A stretch of 64,000 bases of DNA from Patescibacteria group bacterium (GTDB lineage Bacteria; Patescibacteriota; Minisyncoccia; Phycocordibacterales; UBA9973): positions 7,534 to 71,533 of the forward strand of contig JBBUEH010000002.1 in NCBI GenBank assembly GCA_038078255.1. Direction: 5' to 3'. The position numbers and the translations under genes were made by a program. Shown piece by piece: positions 37,567 to 49,520 of the stretch. Numbering within the stretch: the stretch's first letter is position 1; every line of letters starts with the position of its first letter. The notes beneath the pieces are model-generated. The model saw only the letters and a program-made list of their open reading frames with translations, searched no databases and was not told the origin of the DNA.

Positions 37567-40482
37567 TTATTTATAAATCTTTGCCATTTTGCAATATTCA
37601 CATTCGGTGTTTTTGCCGTAAGAATTATATTTACATGGACGATTGATCCACTCTCCATTTTTTACAAGCTGGTCGTAGTCCACAATGTCTTTAATTAAAA
37701 GCTCAATTTCTTTGGAAGTTATCACTCTATCATAAAAAGCTTCTTTTGGATCTTTGGCTTCAAGAAATTCTAATCGGCTTTCACTTACATGAATTTTAGA
37801 TTTAACATTCTGCTCTAGTAGATACGAATACATCGCAAGCTGACGCAAGTAGCTACTCATCCTTCCCTCCTCATCCATTTTCTCTATCTCTCCCCTTTTT
37901 CTCACGCTTCCGGTTTTAAAGTCTGTCACCCGAACACTGTCGTGACTCAAATACTCCACCAAATCTATCTTTCCGTAAATATTCAAATGTGAAAATCTAT
38001 CGTCATGAAGTGAGACACTTTGCTCGTTCTCTCTTTTTGCATTAATAGCAGAAAGTCTGTTTGTTACCCATTTTGAAATAATTTTAAAAACTTCTTTGTT
38101 GTCTCCCGTTATTTCCCCCAATTCTTTCTGGTTGGGAACTTTTTTTAATTTCAGAATCTGATCAACGGCAAGATGCACTCTGTTCCCAAATTCTAAACTT
38201 TCAGACTTTGCCTCCGGCAGTTGGAGCAAATTTCTAAAATACCACTTCCATGGACATTCAAAGAAATTATTGAGGAGCGACACAGAAACCTTACGATCCT
38301 CATAGTCTTTAGCAACTAGTTTCGCCAGATCCACCACACTTGTGTGTTTTTCTTTTTTTATTTTCTTTTCTATGTACATTTTTGGATCATGTTCTAAAAT
38401 AATTTTTTCCGTTTCATCAGCTTTTTGTTTTTTAAAATTTATAGAGATATCGGAAATAATGTGAGCCAGCTCCTGATCTCTCTCTGTGTACGAATGAAGA
38501 GCATAGGAAATCGTGCAGAATCTTTTGGCCCGAGTCATCGCTACATATAATTCTCTTTTTAAAACTATTTCATCTCTTTTATGGACTGTTTCTTTGATGT
38601 ATTCTGGCAGAGTAAAACCATCTCGTTTGCTCCCGGCAAAAGATTTTTCATCCATGTGCGCTATCCACACGAAATCAAACTCCAGCCCCTTTGAACCATG
38701 TAAGGTTAACACTTTCACGCCTTCGTTGGGAGAAAAAACAGCGAGCGGAATACTCTCTCCGTAATCTTCTATTCTTTCTAAAAAATCTAAAAAATCTTTC
38801 AACTGAAGCTTGGAATTTTTCTCTGTCTGTCCCAAAACCAGATGAAGCATGGTTCTCAAAACTTCGATGCGCCCCACTAATTCTTCGTGGTCCCCTGCAG
38901 TATCAAGCAGAAATTCTGTGCCAACTTTTTGGATAAAGGAATAAAGTGGTAAGGTAGAATTCGAAAGCCATAATTTTAATTTTTGAATCCAAGTATTTAC
39001 TTCATTTTGACCATTAAATAAATCATTTTTTTCTTCTTTAATATTAAGTAAAGAAAAATCTCGCATCTTGTTCTCCTTTATAAACTCATGCGCTTTGAAT
39101 GGAGAAATTAAAGAATGTTTGTCGAAAAAAGAGGCCGCCAGCGTTACACCATCGCTCGGATTGGCAATAATTTTTAAAATCCGCAAAAATGCAAGGGCTT
39201 CCGGAATGTCAAAAAAGTCTACCTTCTCTCCGCTGGCTACTGATATTCCCATATCTTTCAAAATCATCACGACACTTTTTACTTGACGGTTTTTGGGAAC
39301 TAAAATAGCTACATCATTCAGATTGAGAGCTTCTGTTTTAATCTGAAGCGCGCAAGCAATGATTTCATCTCTCGGATAGTAAGCTTCCACTAAACGAAAT
39401 GCATGATTCTCTTTGTTGTTACTCTTCAGTTTGTTCGCAAAGAAAGTACTTTCCAGTAAATCATGAGCGGAGTCGAGAATCTTTTGAGTGGAGCGATAAT
39501 TTTCTATGAGGGAAATTAATTTTGCTTTTCCAAAGGTGCTTTTAAAATTTTCAAAATATTCAAGCGAGGCGCCTCCAAACCCATAAATTAACTGACGATC
39601 GTCTCCCACGACAAAAATATTTGGTTTATCAACACCCCTCCATATTTTTTCTAAAAATTCATTCTGCATACCACTCGAATCCTGGTGTTCATCTATCAAA
39701 ACATACAAGAAATTCTCTTTAATATAATTTTTTGCTTCCGAGGATTCTTCCACAATCAAAACAAGCGCTTCGAGAATATCATCATAATCAAATAAATTTT
39801 TTTCTTTCTTTTCCGTTTCATATAAACTATAAAACTTCACTGCTTCGAGTGTGCGGAGAAGACCTTCCATCCTTTTTTGCATTTCTTTTCTTATTTCACC
39901 CTTCCTCTCGCCCCGGGAAGAAATATTCAAGGGATCATTTTCGATATTATCAATCTCTTTTTTTATTTCATGCTCGAAATTCTTTGCCGTAATTCGTTCT
40001 CTCTTTAAAAAAGAAATTAAACTTTTTAAATCTTTGAAATACCGAGAGGTATCCGATCGTGGACGAATATACTCCCAATCATTCTGGTGTAAAATTTTAT
40101 CATACAAAACAATTGTGTCCCGCTCATCCATTAATTCTGGTCTTTCATTTAATCCCAAAACGGTAAAATATTTATCCAATATTTCCATGCCAAAACTGTG
40201 AAATGTGGAAACTTTTACTTTCGAGGCTTCAGGACCGATATATCTCCGCAACCTCTCCCGCATTGCTTTAACTGCCGAATTAGTAAAAGTCAAGCAAAGA
40301 ATACTGTCTGCTTTCGTATCAGTTTTCAGTAAAATATTTCCTATTCGCAGGGCCAGAATTTGCGTTTTCCCCGTCCCCGGACCTGCCACCACCATGACCG
40401 GACCGTCTATGGTATCAACGGCTTCTTTTTGAGCTTTGTTTAACTTTTTATATTCTTTTTGGAAGACATCATTCTTGGCCAT
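37567..40482 (-). CDS. UvrD/PcrA-like superfamily-1 helicase fused to C-terminal PD-(D/E)XK (RecB/AddB/Cas4-like) nuclease with Cys cluster
   Basis: Walker A (VVAGPGTGKTQ) and UvrD motifs. The C-terminal nuclease-like domain ends in CKYNSYGKNTECEYCK. Confidence 0.75.
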   Translation of the reverse strand: MAKNDVFQKEYKKLNKAQKEAVDTIDGPVMVVAGPGTGKTQILALRIGNILLKTDTKADSILCLTFTNSAVKAMRERLRRYIGPEASKVKVSTFHSFGMEILDKYFTVLGLNERPELMDERDTIVLYDKILHQNDWEYIRPRSDTSRYFKDLKSLISFLKRERITAKNFEHEIKKEIDNIENDPLNISSRGERKGEIRKEMQKRMEGLLRTLEAVKFYSLYETEKKEKNLFDYDDILEALVLIVEESSEAKNYIKENFLYVLIDEHQDSSGMQNEFLEKIWRGVDKPNIFVVGDDRQLIYGFGGASLEYFENFKSTFGKAKLISLIENYRSTQKILDSAHDLLESTFFANKLKSNNKENHAFRLVEAYYPRDEIIACALQIKTEALNLNDVAILVPKNRQVKSVVMILKDMGISVASGEKVDFFDIPEALAFLRILKIIANPSDGVTLAASFFDKHSLISPFKAHEFIKENKMRDFSLLNIKEEKNDLFNGQNEVNTWIQKLKLWLSNSTLPLYSFIQKVGTEFLLDTAGDHEELVGRIEVLRTMLHLVLGQTEKNSKLQLKDFLDFLERIEDYGESIPLAVFSPNEGVKVLTLHGSKGLEFDFVWIAHMDEKSFAGSKRDGFTLPEYIKETVHKRDEIVLKRELYVAMTRAKRFCTISYALHSYTERDQELAHIISDISINFKKQKADETEKIILEHDPKMYIEKKIKKEKHTSVVDLAKLVAKDYEDRKVSVSLLNNFFECPWKWYFRNLLQLPEAKSESLEFGNRVHLAVDQILKLKKVPNQKELGEITGDNKEVFKIISKWVTNRLSAINAKRENEQSVSLHDDRFSHLNIYGKIDLVEYLSHDSVRVTDFKTGSVRKRGEIEKMDEEGRMSSYLRQLAMYSYLLEQNVKSKIHVSESRLEFLEAKDPKEAFYDRVITSKEIELLIKDIVDYDQLVKNGEWINRPCKYNSYGKNTECEYCKMAKIYK

Positions 40483-40525
40483 AAATACATTTTAACACTT
40501 AAAGCAATTTAGCTCCATTTGCCGT

Positions 40526-40969
40526 TTACGATCGAGAAAGCGGTTGTAGATGTGCGGCAATACCAATAGCAGCTGATATTATCACGAGGTTTTTTATAAT
40601 GTATTGACCTTCTAAAGTAGGAACCAAGAAAGCACTCCAGGTAACTTCGGGCAACATAAACAAAGGCATGAAAGTCATAATCATATGTAAAAAAAGTAAT
40701 GGTATCACAATCCGCTCTAATCCACGAATAATAAAAAGAACACCAATCAAACATTCAAATAAACCAAAAAGAATAATGAAAGTACCAAAAGGCATGAAGC
40801 CTATGGTGTTCTCAAAAAGATTTTGTACTAACTGACTAGCTGGAGATAAACCTACAACCTTCAAAATACCAAAATAGAAAAAAACCACAAATAAAGAAAA
40901 CCGTGCCAAGGGCATTGAAATTCTTTTTAAAAAATCTATAATCTTAATATCGATCTTTTCAATTTGCAT
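40526..40969 (-). CDS. DoxX-family membrane protein
   Basis: Four transmembrane helices; RI.LG..F...G pattern. Confidence 0.45.
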   Translation of the reverse strand: MQIEKIDIKIIDFLKRISMPLARFSLFVVFFYFGILKVVGLSPASQLVQNLFENTIGFMPFGTFIILFGLFECLIGVLFIIRGLERIVIPLLFLHMIMTFMPLFMLPEVTWSAFLVPTLEGQYIIKNLVIISAAIGIAAHLQPLSRS

Positions 40970-40999
40970 ATTTGTATTATAGCAAATTTTAAAAATTCC

Positions 41000-41090
41000 T
41001 GGCGGAACCGGAGAGATTTGAACTCTCGAGACCCTTTCGAGCCTGCCACCTTTCCAAGGTGGTGCACTAGACCGCTATGCGACGGTTCCA
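41000..41090 (-). tRNA. tRNA-Ser (anticodon GGA), class II with long variable arm, CCA encoded
   Basis: Acceptor GGAACCG/CGGTTCC; anticodon arm CCACC-TTGGAAA-GGTGG; T-arm GAGAG-TTCAAAT-CTCTC; discriminator G then CCA. Confidence 0.8.
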
Positions 41091-41138
41091 TATTTACAAA
41101 GATACATTATTTATATATAAAATACCACCTCAATAAAA

Positions 41139-43250
<2,112 letters not shown>

Positions 43251-43305
43251 TTACCAAAACTATAATTACACACGATCTAATATTTCAGAATAATACTTAA
43301 TAATA

Positions 43306-44319
43306 TTAATCTATTTCAATAGCGTTAATTTGAGCGTTATCCACAACTGTGATAAATTGAATTATAATTTGACCGCTTCCGTTTGCAGTAGCAGAAAAAC
43401 TTTTATCCACCGCCTTAAAATTAGACCCGACATCTTGAATTATATCAAAATTTGTAAGCACAGATGTGCCATTTATATTTACATTAAAAACTCTTTGTCC
43501 TGGGCTACTCCAAAAAATTTCTGCAAACTTTAGTATCACAGTATAAGATGCGCTAGGTGTTAGACCTGTTACAGTATAAGTCATATTTCCATATCTTAAG
43601 TCCTGATAAAGTGTCTGATCGCTAGTTCCGATAATGGAATTAGTCGTTGAATATAGACTTCCACCTGAAAAACTATTATCTGCGCTCCAACTTCTAGAAA
43701 GTGAATCTGTATAAGCTCCACCTCCAGAATTTATCAAAGCAACCGGTACGACTGAAGCCGCCCCAACCCCATAGCTAGCTTTAATCTCTCGTTCAATACG
43801 ATTCGGGTTAGATGAATTGCAAGAGGGATCGCCAATATTGTATCCTTTGGAAGTGAGGGTGGTGACGATAAAAGGAGGATCGATGGCGGCATCTTTAAAA
43901 ACACTTACCTTGGCGCAACTTGTCCCATTATTACTCAAACCAGTAACAAGAAAAGTGTAAAGTCCTGTATTAGTTCCGGCAGAATAAGTAGGTATGCCAG
44001 CTGCGCAAGTCAAGGCTGTGGCCGGCCCAGCTACGGAGAATTTACTAACGGGCTTATCATTCATGAGCGCGCATTCGATGCCAGTATCAGCCGCAAAAAA
44101 GGCTTCATTGGTGTCTTTCGCCGAAGTGCTAAATTTCATTTCTTTAAGCGTAATATTAGAAACACCCAAAGCTATTGCCAAAATAAGGCTGGAGAGCGTC
44201 ACGGCAAAAAGGATGACGAATCCTTTTTTATTTTTAATTTTTAATATTATTTTTATCATTTGATTTAACGAAATCATGCCGCGCAATCGTCCATTAAAGC
44301 GCAGCGCTATTCTATCCAA
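43306..44319 (-). CDS. large minor-pilin-like protein (PilX/GspK-like) with prepilin-type N-terminus
   Basis: KKGFVILFAVTLSSLILAI N-terminal hydrophobic segment; secreted beta-rich remainder. Confidence 0.45.
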   Translation of the reverse strand: MDRIALRFNGRLRGMISLNQMIKIILKIKNKKGFVILFAVTLSSLILAIALGVSNITLKEMKFSTSAKDTNEAFFAADTGIECALMNDKPVSKFSVAGPATALTCAAGIPTYSAGTNTGLYTFLVTGLSNNGTSCAKVSVFKDAAIDPPFIVTTLTSKGYNIGDPSCNSSNPNRIEREIKASYGVGAASVVPVALINSGGGAYTDSLSRSWSADNSFSGGSLYSTTNSIIGTSDQTLYQDLRYGNMTYTVTGLTPSASYTVILKFAEIFWSSPGQRVFNVNINGTSVLTNFDIIQDVGSNFKAVDKSFSATANGSGQIIIQFITVVDNAQINAIEID

Positions 44320-44927
44320 TTAAATAAATTCTCAGAAAAAACAACACTATAATTACCAGAACCCTGCGACCAAGAAACAGTGGAAATAATTTTTGTTTCG
44401 TCGGCGCTTACCACCACTGTTCTAATTTTTCTAGTTAGACCAGAAGCTGTCCCAGAAAAACCATATTTGCCTGTCGCAGAATTGTACAAAAGAGCTCCAT
44501 TGGAACAAGTAGAAGATGCGCAAGCAGTCAACGCAATATCAATCATTGGTTGGGTACTATCACTATAATTTAAACTATCAGCGTTAATATAACAACCGTT
44601 CACCCCGTTGCAGGCAGAAATATCAACCAGGGTGGCATTAAAATTATTCCAGCCTGTCTGCGCTCCGCCAGAATAAAGCATATAAGTATCCCGCATATTT
44701 CTCATATATTCAACACCCTCTTGCGCCAAATATGAAGCAATGACTTTCCTTTTGGCATAGCCTGTATTGGAAATCCCTTGAGCTAAAATCCCAAGCAATG
44801 CCAAAATCGATGCGGTAAAAATTGAAACAGCCACCAGCATTTCTACTAAAGTAAAGCCCCGCCTGCAAAAGCTATGCTTTAAGCATGGCGGGCAGGCCTT
44901 CTTCTTTTGTTTGCGAAAAAGTTTCAT
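44307..44927 (-). CDS. type IV (pseudo)pilin-like protein with 24-aa leader containing an in-frame family-2 palindromic insertion
   Basis: CRRG/FTLVEMLVAVSIF prepilin cleavage motif and hydrophobic helix. The leader MKLFRKQKKK[ACPPCLKHSFCRR]G. Confidence 0.6.
   Translation of the reverse strand: MKLFRKQKKKACPPCLKHSFCRRGFTLVEMLVAVSIFTASILALLGILAQGISNTGYAKRKVIASYLAQEGVEYMRNMRDTYMLYSGGAQTGWNNFNATLVDISACNGVNGCYINADSLNYSDSTQPMIDIALTACASSTCSNGALLYNSATGKYGFSGTASGLTRKIRTVVVSADETKIISTVSWSQGSGNYSVVFSENLFNWIE
44859..44897 (-). repeat. family-2 GC-rich palindromic element (39 nt = 13 codons) inside the prepilin leader
   Basis: GCCTGCCCGCCATGCTTAAAGCATAGCTTTTGCAGGCGG, homologous to 48197-48268 and 60076-60114. 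Confidence 0.65.
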
Positions 44928-44936
44928 GGTTATTTT

Positions 44937-45569
44937 TTAAACATCTATCAACCTTTGAGACACTGAAGTTTGAAGTGAAAAAGGCGTTGCGATATTATTA
45001 ATGGTGACGGTGCCGACCAATCTGATGGTGACAAAAGGTTGTTGCTGATTTCCGACTGGCGCCTCGGCGCCCAGAATGGAAAAAGATGAAGCAGTGGTAT
45101 TGACAACAACCTCATTTGGAGTTAACTGAACAAAATTAGAAAGAATATAGGGTCCTTGAGTAGACTTAAAAAGTTTTCCAGTGCCATCAATATAATAAAC
45201 CCATTGATCGTTAGTCACACCAGGATCAGGATCACCAAAGGCATATTCGAAGGCGATACCCCAGCCACTTGCGCAACTCTTTGGATCATCCATGATGGGA
45301 GAGTTATCACTACTTGGGATCGTGTCCCCCGAGACAAAGCAGTGATAATTATACCCTGTCCTTAAATTTCTAGACATATCTTCCATCACAAAACTTAAAT
45401 TATCCAGAATCGAACGCATGGTCTGCGATTTACGATGAACTGCGTTCGCATTTAAAAGAACTCCCATGCCCGTCATGACCACCACCAGAAAAATAGAAAT
45501 CGAGATCATTGTTTCTATTATCGTGTATCCCTGATTTAATTTATGAATTTTTTTCAAAAATAATTTCAT
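44937..45569 (-). CDS. type IV minor pilin / pseudopilin
   Basis: NQG/YTIIETMISISIFLVVV prepilin N-terminus. Confidence 0.55.
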   Translation of the reverse strand: MKLFLKKIHKLNQGYTIIETMISISIFLVVVMTGMGVLLNANAVHRKSQTMRSILDNLSFVMEDMSRNLRTGYNYHCFVSGDTIPSSDNSPIMDDPKSCASGWGIAFEYAFGDPDPGVTNDQWVYYIDGTGKLFKSTQGPYILSNFVQLTPNEVVVNTTASSFSILGAEAPVGNQQQPFVTIRLVGTVTINNIATPFSLQTSVSQRLIDV

Positions 45570-45583
45570 TACTTTTTAATTAC

Positions 45584-46237
45584 CTAATTCACCTGCACCC
45601 TGCCTGAAGGATAAAGTTTTATTTTAGCAGTCGCTCCTTTGGGAGAAAGAATATTGATCTCGACATAATAAATCGAGGAGGCAAGAGGAGGATTTGATTT
45701 AATGATAGCGCCTGAGTTGGGTCTCATAAAGGTGACTGTGAGATTATTTATGGGATTAGGGGTGGTCGGAGTGCCGGAATAAAAAACATTCATGCTAGAA
45801 ATAGTGTTGCCCTTGGTAATGGTGATTTTCTCTAGACATTCCCCAGTGCCCGGACAAGTAGAAGCTTCATATAAACCGTTTTGTGAAGGATTTTTAAAAT
45901 CAGTGAAAAAAGTAAAACTTTTATTGTCCGCTATCCGATCGACAAAAACTCCATAAGACGGTTTCCAGGTTGGATCACTACTCGTATAGGTACTTTGGGC
46001 GACTGGAGGGAATTTACCAGAAAGAGATGCTTTCTGCGCTTCCACTACTTTCAAAGCGATATCACTGGCCAAAATTTTAATATCTATCTGCGCTTGAAAT
46101 CCTCCGTAATTATAAACAACGATAGAAGACATGACCGAAATAATAGACAGGACAACAATCAGCTCCACATAAGTCATTCCCCCATTCTTTTTTAATTTTT
46201 TTAATAAAAGTAACATAAAATTAAAAACCAACAGCAA
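45584..46237 (-). CDS. type IV minor pilin / pseudopilin
   Basis: KKNGG/MTYVELIVVLSIISV prepilin N-terminus. Confidence 0.55.
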   Translation of the reverse strand: MLLVFNFMLLLLKKLKKNGGMTYVELIVVLSIISVMSSIVVYNYGGFQAQIDIKILASDIALKVVEAQKASLSGKFPPVAQSTYTSSDPTWKPSYGVFVDRIADNKSFTFFTDFKNPSQNGLYEASTCPGTGECLEKITITKGNTISSMNVFYSGTPTTPNPINNLTVTFMRPNSGAIIKSNPPLASSIYYVEINILSPKGATAKIKLYPSGRVQVN

Positions 46238-47036
46238 AAAAGTTTAACTGCAAGACAAACGCTACGAATGCGCCACCAACCAAATATATAGCAAAAGGAA
46301 TTTCACTTTTCATTCCGTAACCCCAACCATAAATCTTGGAGAAGAAAATAAGCCCAAGCCCGGTCAGGGCTCCAGAAAAAAAAGCCAAGACAAGGGCAGA
46401 AAGCACAGCCGGGAAACCGAGGAGCCATCCGAGTCCTAAAATAAGTTTAGCGTCTCCGAGACCCATCCAAGCGCCCCGAGACACAAGCCAAAGCAGAGCA
46501 AAGGGTAAGGCTACTAATATTCCAGACAAAAATTCTAACAACGAAGGAATATGCGGAAAAAATCCATAACTATTATTAAAGATAAATAAACCAAAAAACG
46601 CTAAAATTCCAAAAAGAAAAACAAGGGTGTCGGGAATTATCTTATGCCTTAAATCATAAACTGCAACAATCATTAGAATAGAAAACATGCTGGCGTAATA
46701 TAAATAAGAAATGACGAAGTCTAGAATAGATAAAAGAAAAAGATCTTGAAACTTAAAAAACAAAATAACGAAAATTAAGCCAGTGATGACTTCAACCAAG
46801 GGATAGATGTGTGATATTCGTGTCTGACAAGTTCTACATCTTCCTTTAAGAGCCAGAAAACTAAACAATGGCACAAGATCATACCAAGCAAGATTGTACT
46901 GACAAGACATGCAGGCGCTTCTTCCACCAAAAGATTTTTTGGTATTGAGCCGGCAAATTACAACATTTAAAAAACTCCCAATAATAAGACCCAGAATAAA
47001 GAAAACAAAAGAAATGAGAGGAAGAATGGATATCAT
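46221..47036 (-). CDS. pilD: prepilin peptidase (A24 family, PilD/ComC)
   Basis: Polytopic membrane protein; the IGSFLNVVICRL and LGDAKLILGLG Asp-containing motifs are characteristic of A24. Confidence 0.85.
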   Translation of the reverse strand: MISILPLISFVFFILGLIIGSFLNVVICRLNTKKSFGGRSACMSCQYNLAWYDLVPLFSFLALKGRCRTCQTRISHIYPLVEVITGLIFVILFFKFQDLFLLSILDFVISYLYYASMFSILMIVAVYDLRHKIIPDTLVFLFGILAFFGLFIFNNSYGFFPHIPSLLEFLSGILVALPFALLWLVSRGAWMGLGDAKLILGLGWLLGFPAVLSALVLAFFSGALTGLGLIFFSKIYGWGYGMKSEIPFAIYLVGGAFVAFVLQLNFFAVGF

Positions 47037-47047
47037 TTTAAATTATG

Positions 47048-47575
47048 TTAATTGCAAGTAAAACTGCTACTATTGATAGCTCCTGCGGGGACAGAATTTA
47101 CCATTTTGGCTGTTCCTGTAGTATCTACGCACCAAGAAGTGCCTAGTGTTAATTTCAAGCCCACGGCCACAGCCCAAGCATTGGCGGAGTTATAACAAGA
47201 ACTGCCATTGCCTCTCTTGATTGCTTCGGCTAAAGCATCAGCGATAACTTTGTCTTTAGACAGCATGTTGGTCCCCTGTGGGTCATAGTTAGGACAAGCG
47301 CCAGCAACATTAACGCCACCAGCTGGCAAATATGAATTAAGATTATTCAGAAAAAAAATTTCAGCCACTTGTCGCAAGGTAGCTAAATTAGTCTTGACAG
47401 CTGTATCATTACCTTTATTCCTAGCATCACCCGAGTTAACTAAAATAACTGACGCCAAAACACCGATAATCGCCACGACAACTAAAAGTTCAATCAAGGT
47501 AAACCCGCCCCCCTTCGGGGTCACACCAAATTTTGGTGTGCGGGTAAATCCTTTTTCTAAATTTATTTTTTTCAT
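47048..47575 (-). CDS. type IV pilin with 24-aa leader carrying a 36-nt palindromic insertion flanked by a 9-bp direct repeat
   Basis: MKKINLEKGFT[RTPKFGVTPKGGGFT]LIELLVVVAIIG, with the canonical G/FTLIELL processing site. Confidence 0.75.
   Translation of the reverse strand: MKKINLEKGFTRTPKFGVTPKGGGFTLIELLVVVAIIGVLASVILVNSGDARNKGNDTAVKTNLATLRQVAEIFFLNNLNSYLPAGGVNVAGACPNYDPQGTNMLSKDKVIADALAEAIKRGNGSSCYNSANAWAVAVGLKLTLGTSWCVDTTGTAKMVNSVPAGAINSSSFTCN
47498..47551 (-). repeat. palindromic mini-insertion CGCACACCAAAATTTGGTGTGACCCCGAAGGGGGGC flanked by direct repeats GGATTTACC / GGGTTTACC (TSD-like)
   Basis: Perfect palindrome CACACCAAA|TTTGGTGTG plus ACCCGC/GCGGGT outer arms. Insert plus one DR is 45 nt (15 codons) and duplicates the GFT cleavage tripeptide. 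Confidence 0.65.
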
Positions 47576-47627
47576 AAAAATTTATTAATACTTATAATAC
47601 TTTATATTATATCACATCTAAAAACAC

Positions 47628-47665
47628 AAAAACCACCTTTTGTGGTCTTACTTAAGGTGGTTTTT
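47628..47665 (-). terminator. Rho-independent terminator AAAAACCACCTT-loop-AAGGTGGTTTTT between the two pilin genes
   Basis: 11-bp stem with a U-run on the minus strand after pilin 47688-48086. Confidence 0.65.
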
Positions 47666-47687
47666 GAAAAACAAAATTTATGTTTTA

Positions 47688-48086
47688 TTATGGACAAACT
47701 GTAATAGCCCCTAACCCTGCGGCAGTTGATTTTGAGGTTCCTGTACTATCTACACACCAGCCGCCAGAAGATTTTAGGCCCGCCCATCCGGCCCACGCAG
47801 TAGCACTGGCTGTACATACTCCTCCATTACCCCCTGCCAATACAGCTGCAGCTTGAGCTTTGGCCATATTTGCATCAGCGCAAACTCCTGTGTAAGTTGA
47901 TCCTATATCGTAGAACAACTCAGCCTGTGCTCTCATATTTGCCAAGTTTGCCTTGACGGCCGCATCGGCGCCTTTGGCCCGCGCAGTGTTTAGTGATGCC
48001 AAAACAACCGAGGCAAGAATCCCGATTATTGCAACAACCACCAAAAGTTCAATCAATGTAAAACCTTTTTTAAAGTTCATTTTCAT
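47688..48086 (-). CDS. type IV pilin (canonical short leader)
   Basis: MKMNFKKG/FTLIELLVVVAIIGILASV; C-terminal Cys pair. Confidence 0.8.
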   Translation of the reverse strand: MKMNFKKGFTLIELLVVVAIIGILASVVLASLNTARAKGADAAVKANLANMRAQAELFYDIGSTYTGVCADANMAKAQAAAVLAGGNGGVCTASATAWAGWAGLKSSGGWCVDSTGTSKSTAAGLGAITVCP

Positions 48087-48196
48087 AATTATTTAAACTA
48101 TTAATAATACCTATAATAATAATTCGACTTGTTTTTATTTTTAATAGTTAAATTATAACACAAGAAAGAAAACATAACGCAAGAAAGTTATCCACA

Positions 48197-48268
48197 CCTG
48201 CCCGCAATGCTTTCAGCATACCCGCCAGCAACGCTTCGCATAGCGATGCGGGCTGGGCCTGATGCAGG
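48197..48268. repeat. family-2 GC-rich palindromic element, intergenic copy (with internal expansion)
   Basis: CCTGCCCGCAATGCTTTCAGCATACCCGCC...CGCATAGCGATGCGGGCTGGGCCTGATGCAGGCGGG. Same termini (CCTGCCCGC[A/C]ATGC...GCAGGCGGG) as the 44859 and 60076 copies. Confidence 0.6.
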
Positions 48269-48285
48269 CGGGATCTAGCTAATTT

Positions 48286-49494
48286 CTAGCTAATTGACCC
48301 AGCCAAATTGTAAATCGGTATTAAGATAGAAACAAGCAATATTCCAACAGCTAAACCTAAAACCACAATCATCACTGGCTCTATCAAGCCGACCAATGTA
48401 TCAATTGCATCATCTACTTCCCGTCTGTAGAAATTTGTTAAAGTTTTTAAAATAGTTCCGAGCGAACCTGTTTCTTCACCCACTTGCACCATTTGTACTA
48501 GAATATTTGGTATTTCATTTCTATGTTTTGAAAGCGCAATAGAGAAAGATAAGCCAGACTTTACTCCATCCGCCACTTCTCTGAGGGCGCTTTTATATAC
48601 AAGACTGCCGACAACATTCGCAGTAATGTCTATCGCTCGAACTATCGGCACACCCGAAGTCAGCATTGTATCCATATTGTCCGTTACTCTAGAGAGATAA
48701 AGTTTTCTATAAAGATTGCCTATAAGAGGCATAGATATGCGCATTCCATCTAAATATTCTTTTCCTCTTTCTGTAGAAGATAGTCGCCAAAGCCAAATAG
48801 AGAGAAGCACCAAAAAAATCAGAACAATGAAACCGTAATTAACAAAAAAGGTCGAAATCGCTATAACTATCTGAGTATAGAAAGGCACCTCTTGTCCAGA
48901 ATCCAGAATGATTGCGGAAAGTTTCGGGATCACCAACACAAACATCAGAGTCATCACAACAAAAAAAGTAATAATAACAAAAATTGGATAGATGAGCGCA
49001 TTTCGAGCTTTAGAAGTAAGGACATATTGGCGATCTAGGTATTCTGCTAAATGTAAGAATGTTTGATTTAACTTCCCCGTTTCTTCACCCACCTTCACCA
49101 TGTTGATATAAAAATCTGAAAATACATCAGGATGGTGAGCCAGAGCCCCAGAAATGGAGCTCCCTGCTTGAAGATCGTCGGTGATTTCTGTGAGTTTACG
49201 ACTCAAAAGTTTGTTTTCCGTATTGGTTGCAAGCATAGTAAAAGATTTGAGCGCCGAGACTTGCGCTTCAAATAAAGTTGCAATTTGACGAGACAGAATC
49301 ACAATCTCTCTGTTTGATATTTTTTCAAACAGAGAATGAGAAAAAAATGATTTGGCTTCTGTCTCGTCTTTAATGGAAATAATGACAAATCCCCTTCTCT
49401 GGAGTCCGCTAATTGCCATATCACGATTGGGCGCGTCAATGTCTCCTTCTTTATTTACTCCCCCATCATCAATTGCTTTATATTTAAATAACAT
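48286..49494 (-). CDS. pilC: type IV pilus assembly platform protein PilC (GspF family)
   Basis: Two T2SS_F repeats and three transmembrane helices. Confidence 0.9.
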   Translation of the reverse strand: MLFKYKAIDDGGVNKEGDIDAPNRDMAISGLQRRGFVIISIKDETEAKSFFSHSLFEKISNREIVILSRQIATLFEAQVSALKSFTMLATNTENKLLSRKLTEITDDLQAGSSISGALAHHPDVFSDFYINMVKVGEETGKLNQTFLHLAEYLDRQYVLTSKARNALIYPIFVIITFFVVMTLMFVLVIPKLSAIILDSGQEVPFYTQIVIAISTFFVNYGFIVLIFLVLLSIWLWRLSSTERGKEYLDGMRISMPLIGNLYRKLYLSRVTDNMDTMLTSGVPIVRAIDITANVVGSLVYKSALREVADGVKSGLSFSIALSKHRNEIPNILVQMVQVGEETGSLGTILKTLTNFYRREVDDAIDTLVGLIEPVMIVVLGLAVGILLVSILIPIYNLAGSIS

Positions 49495-49520
49495 AATTGT
49501 TGTTCCACATGTCGGACTTG

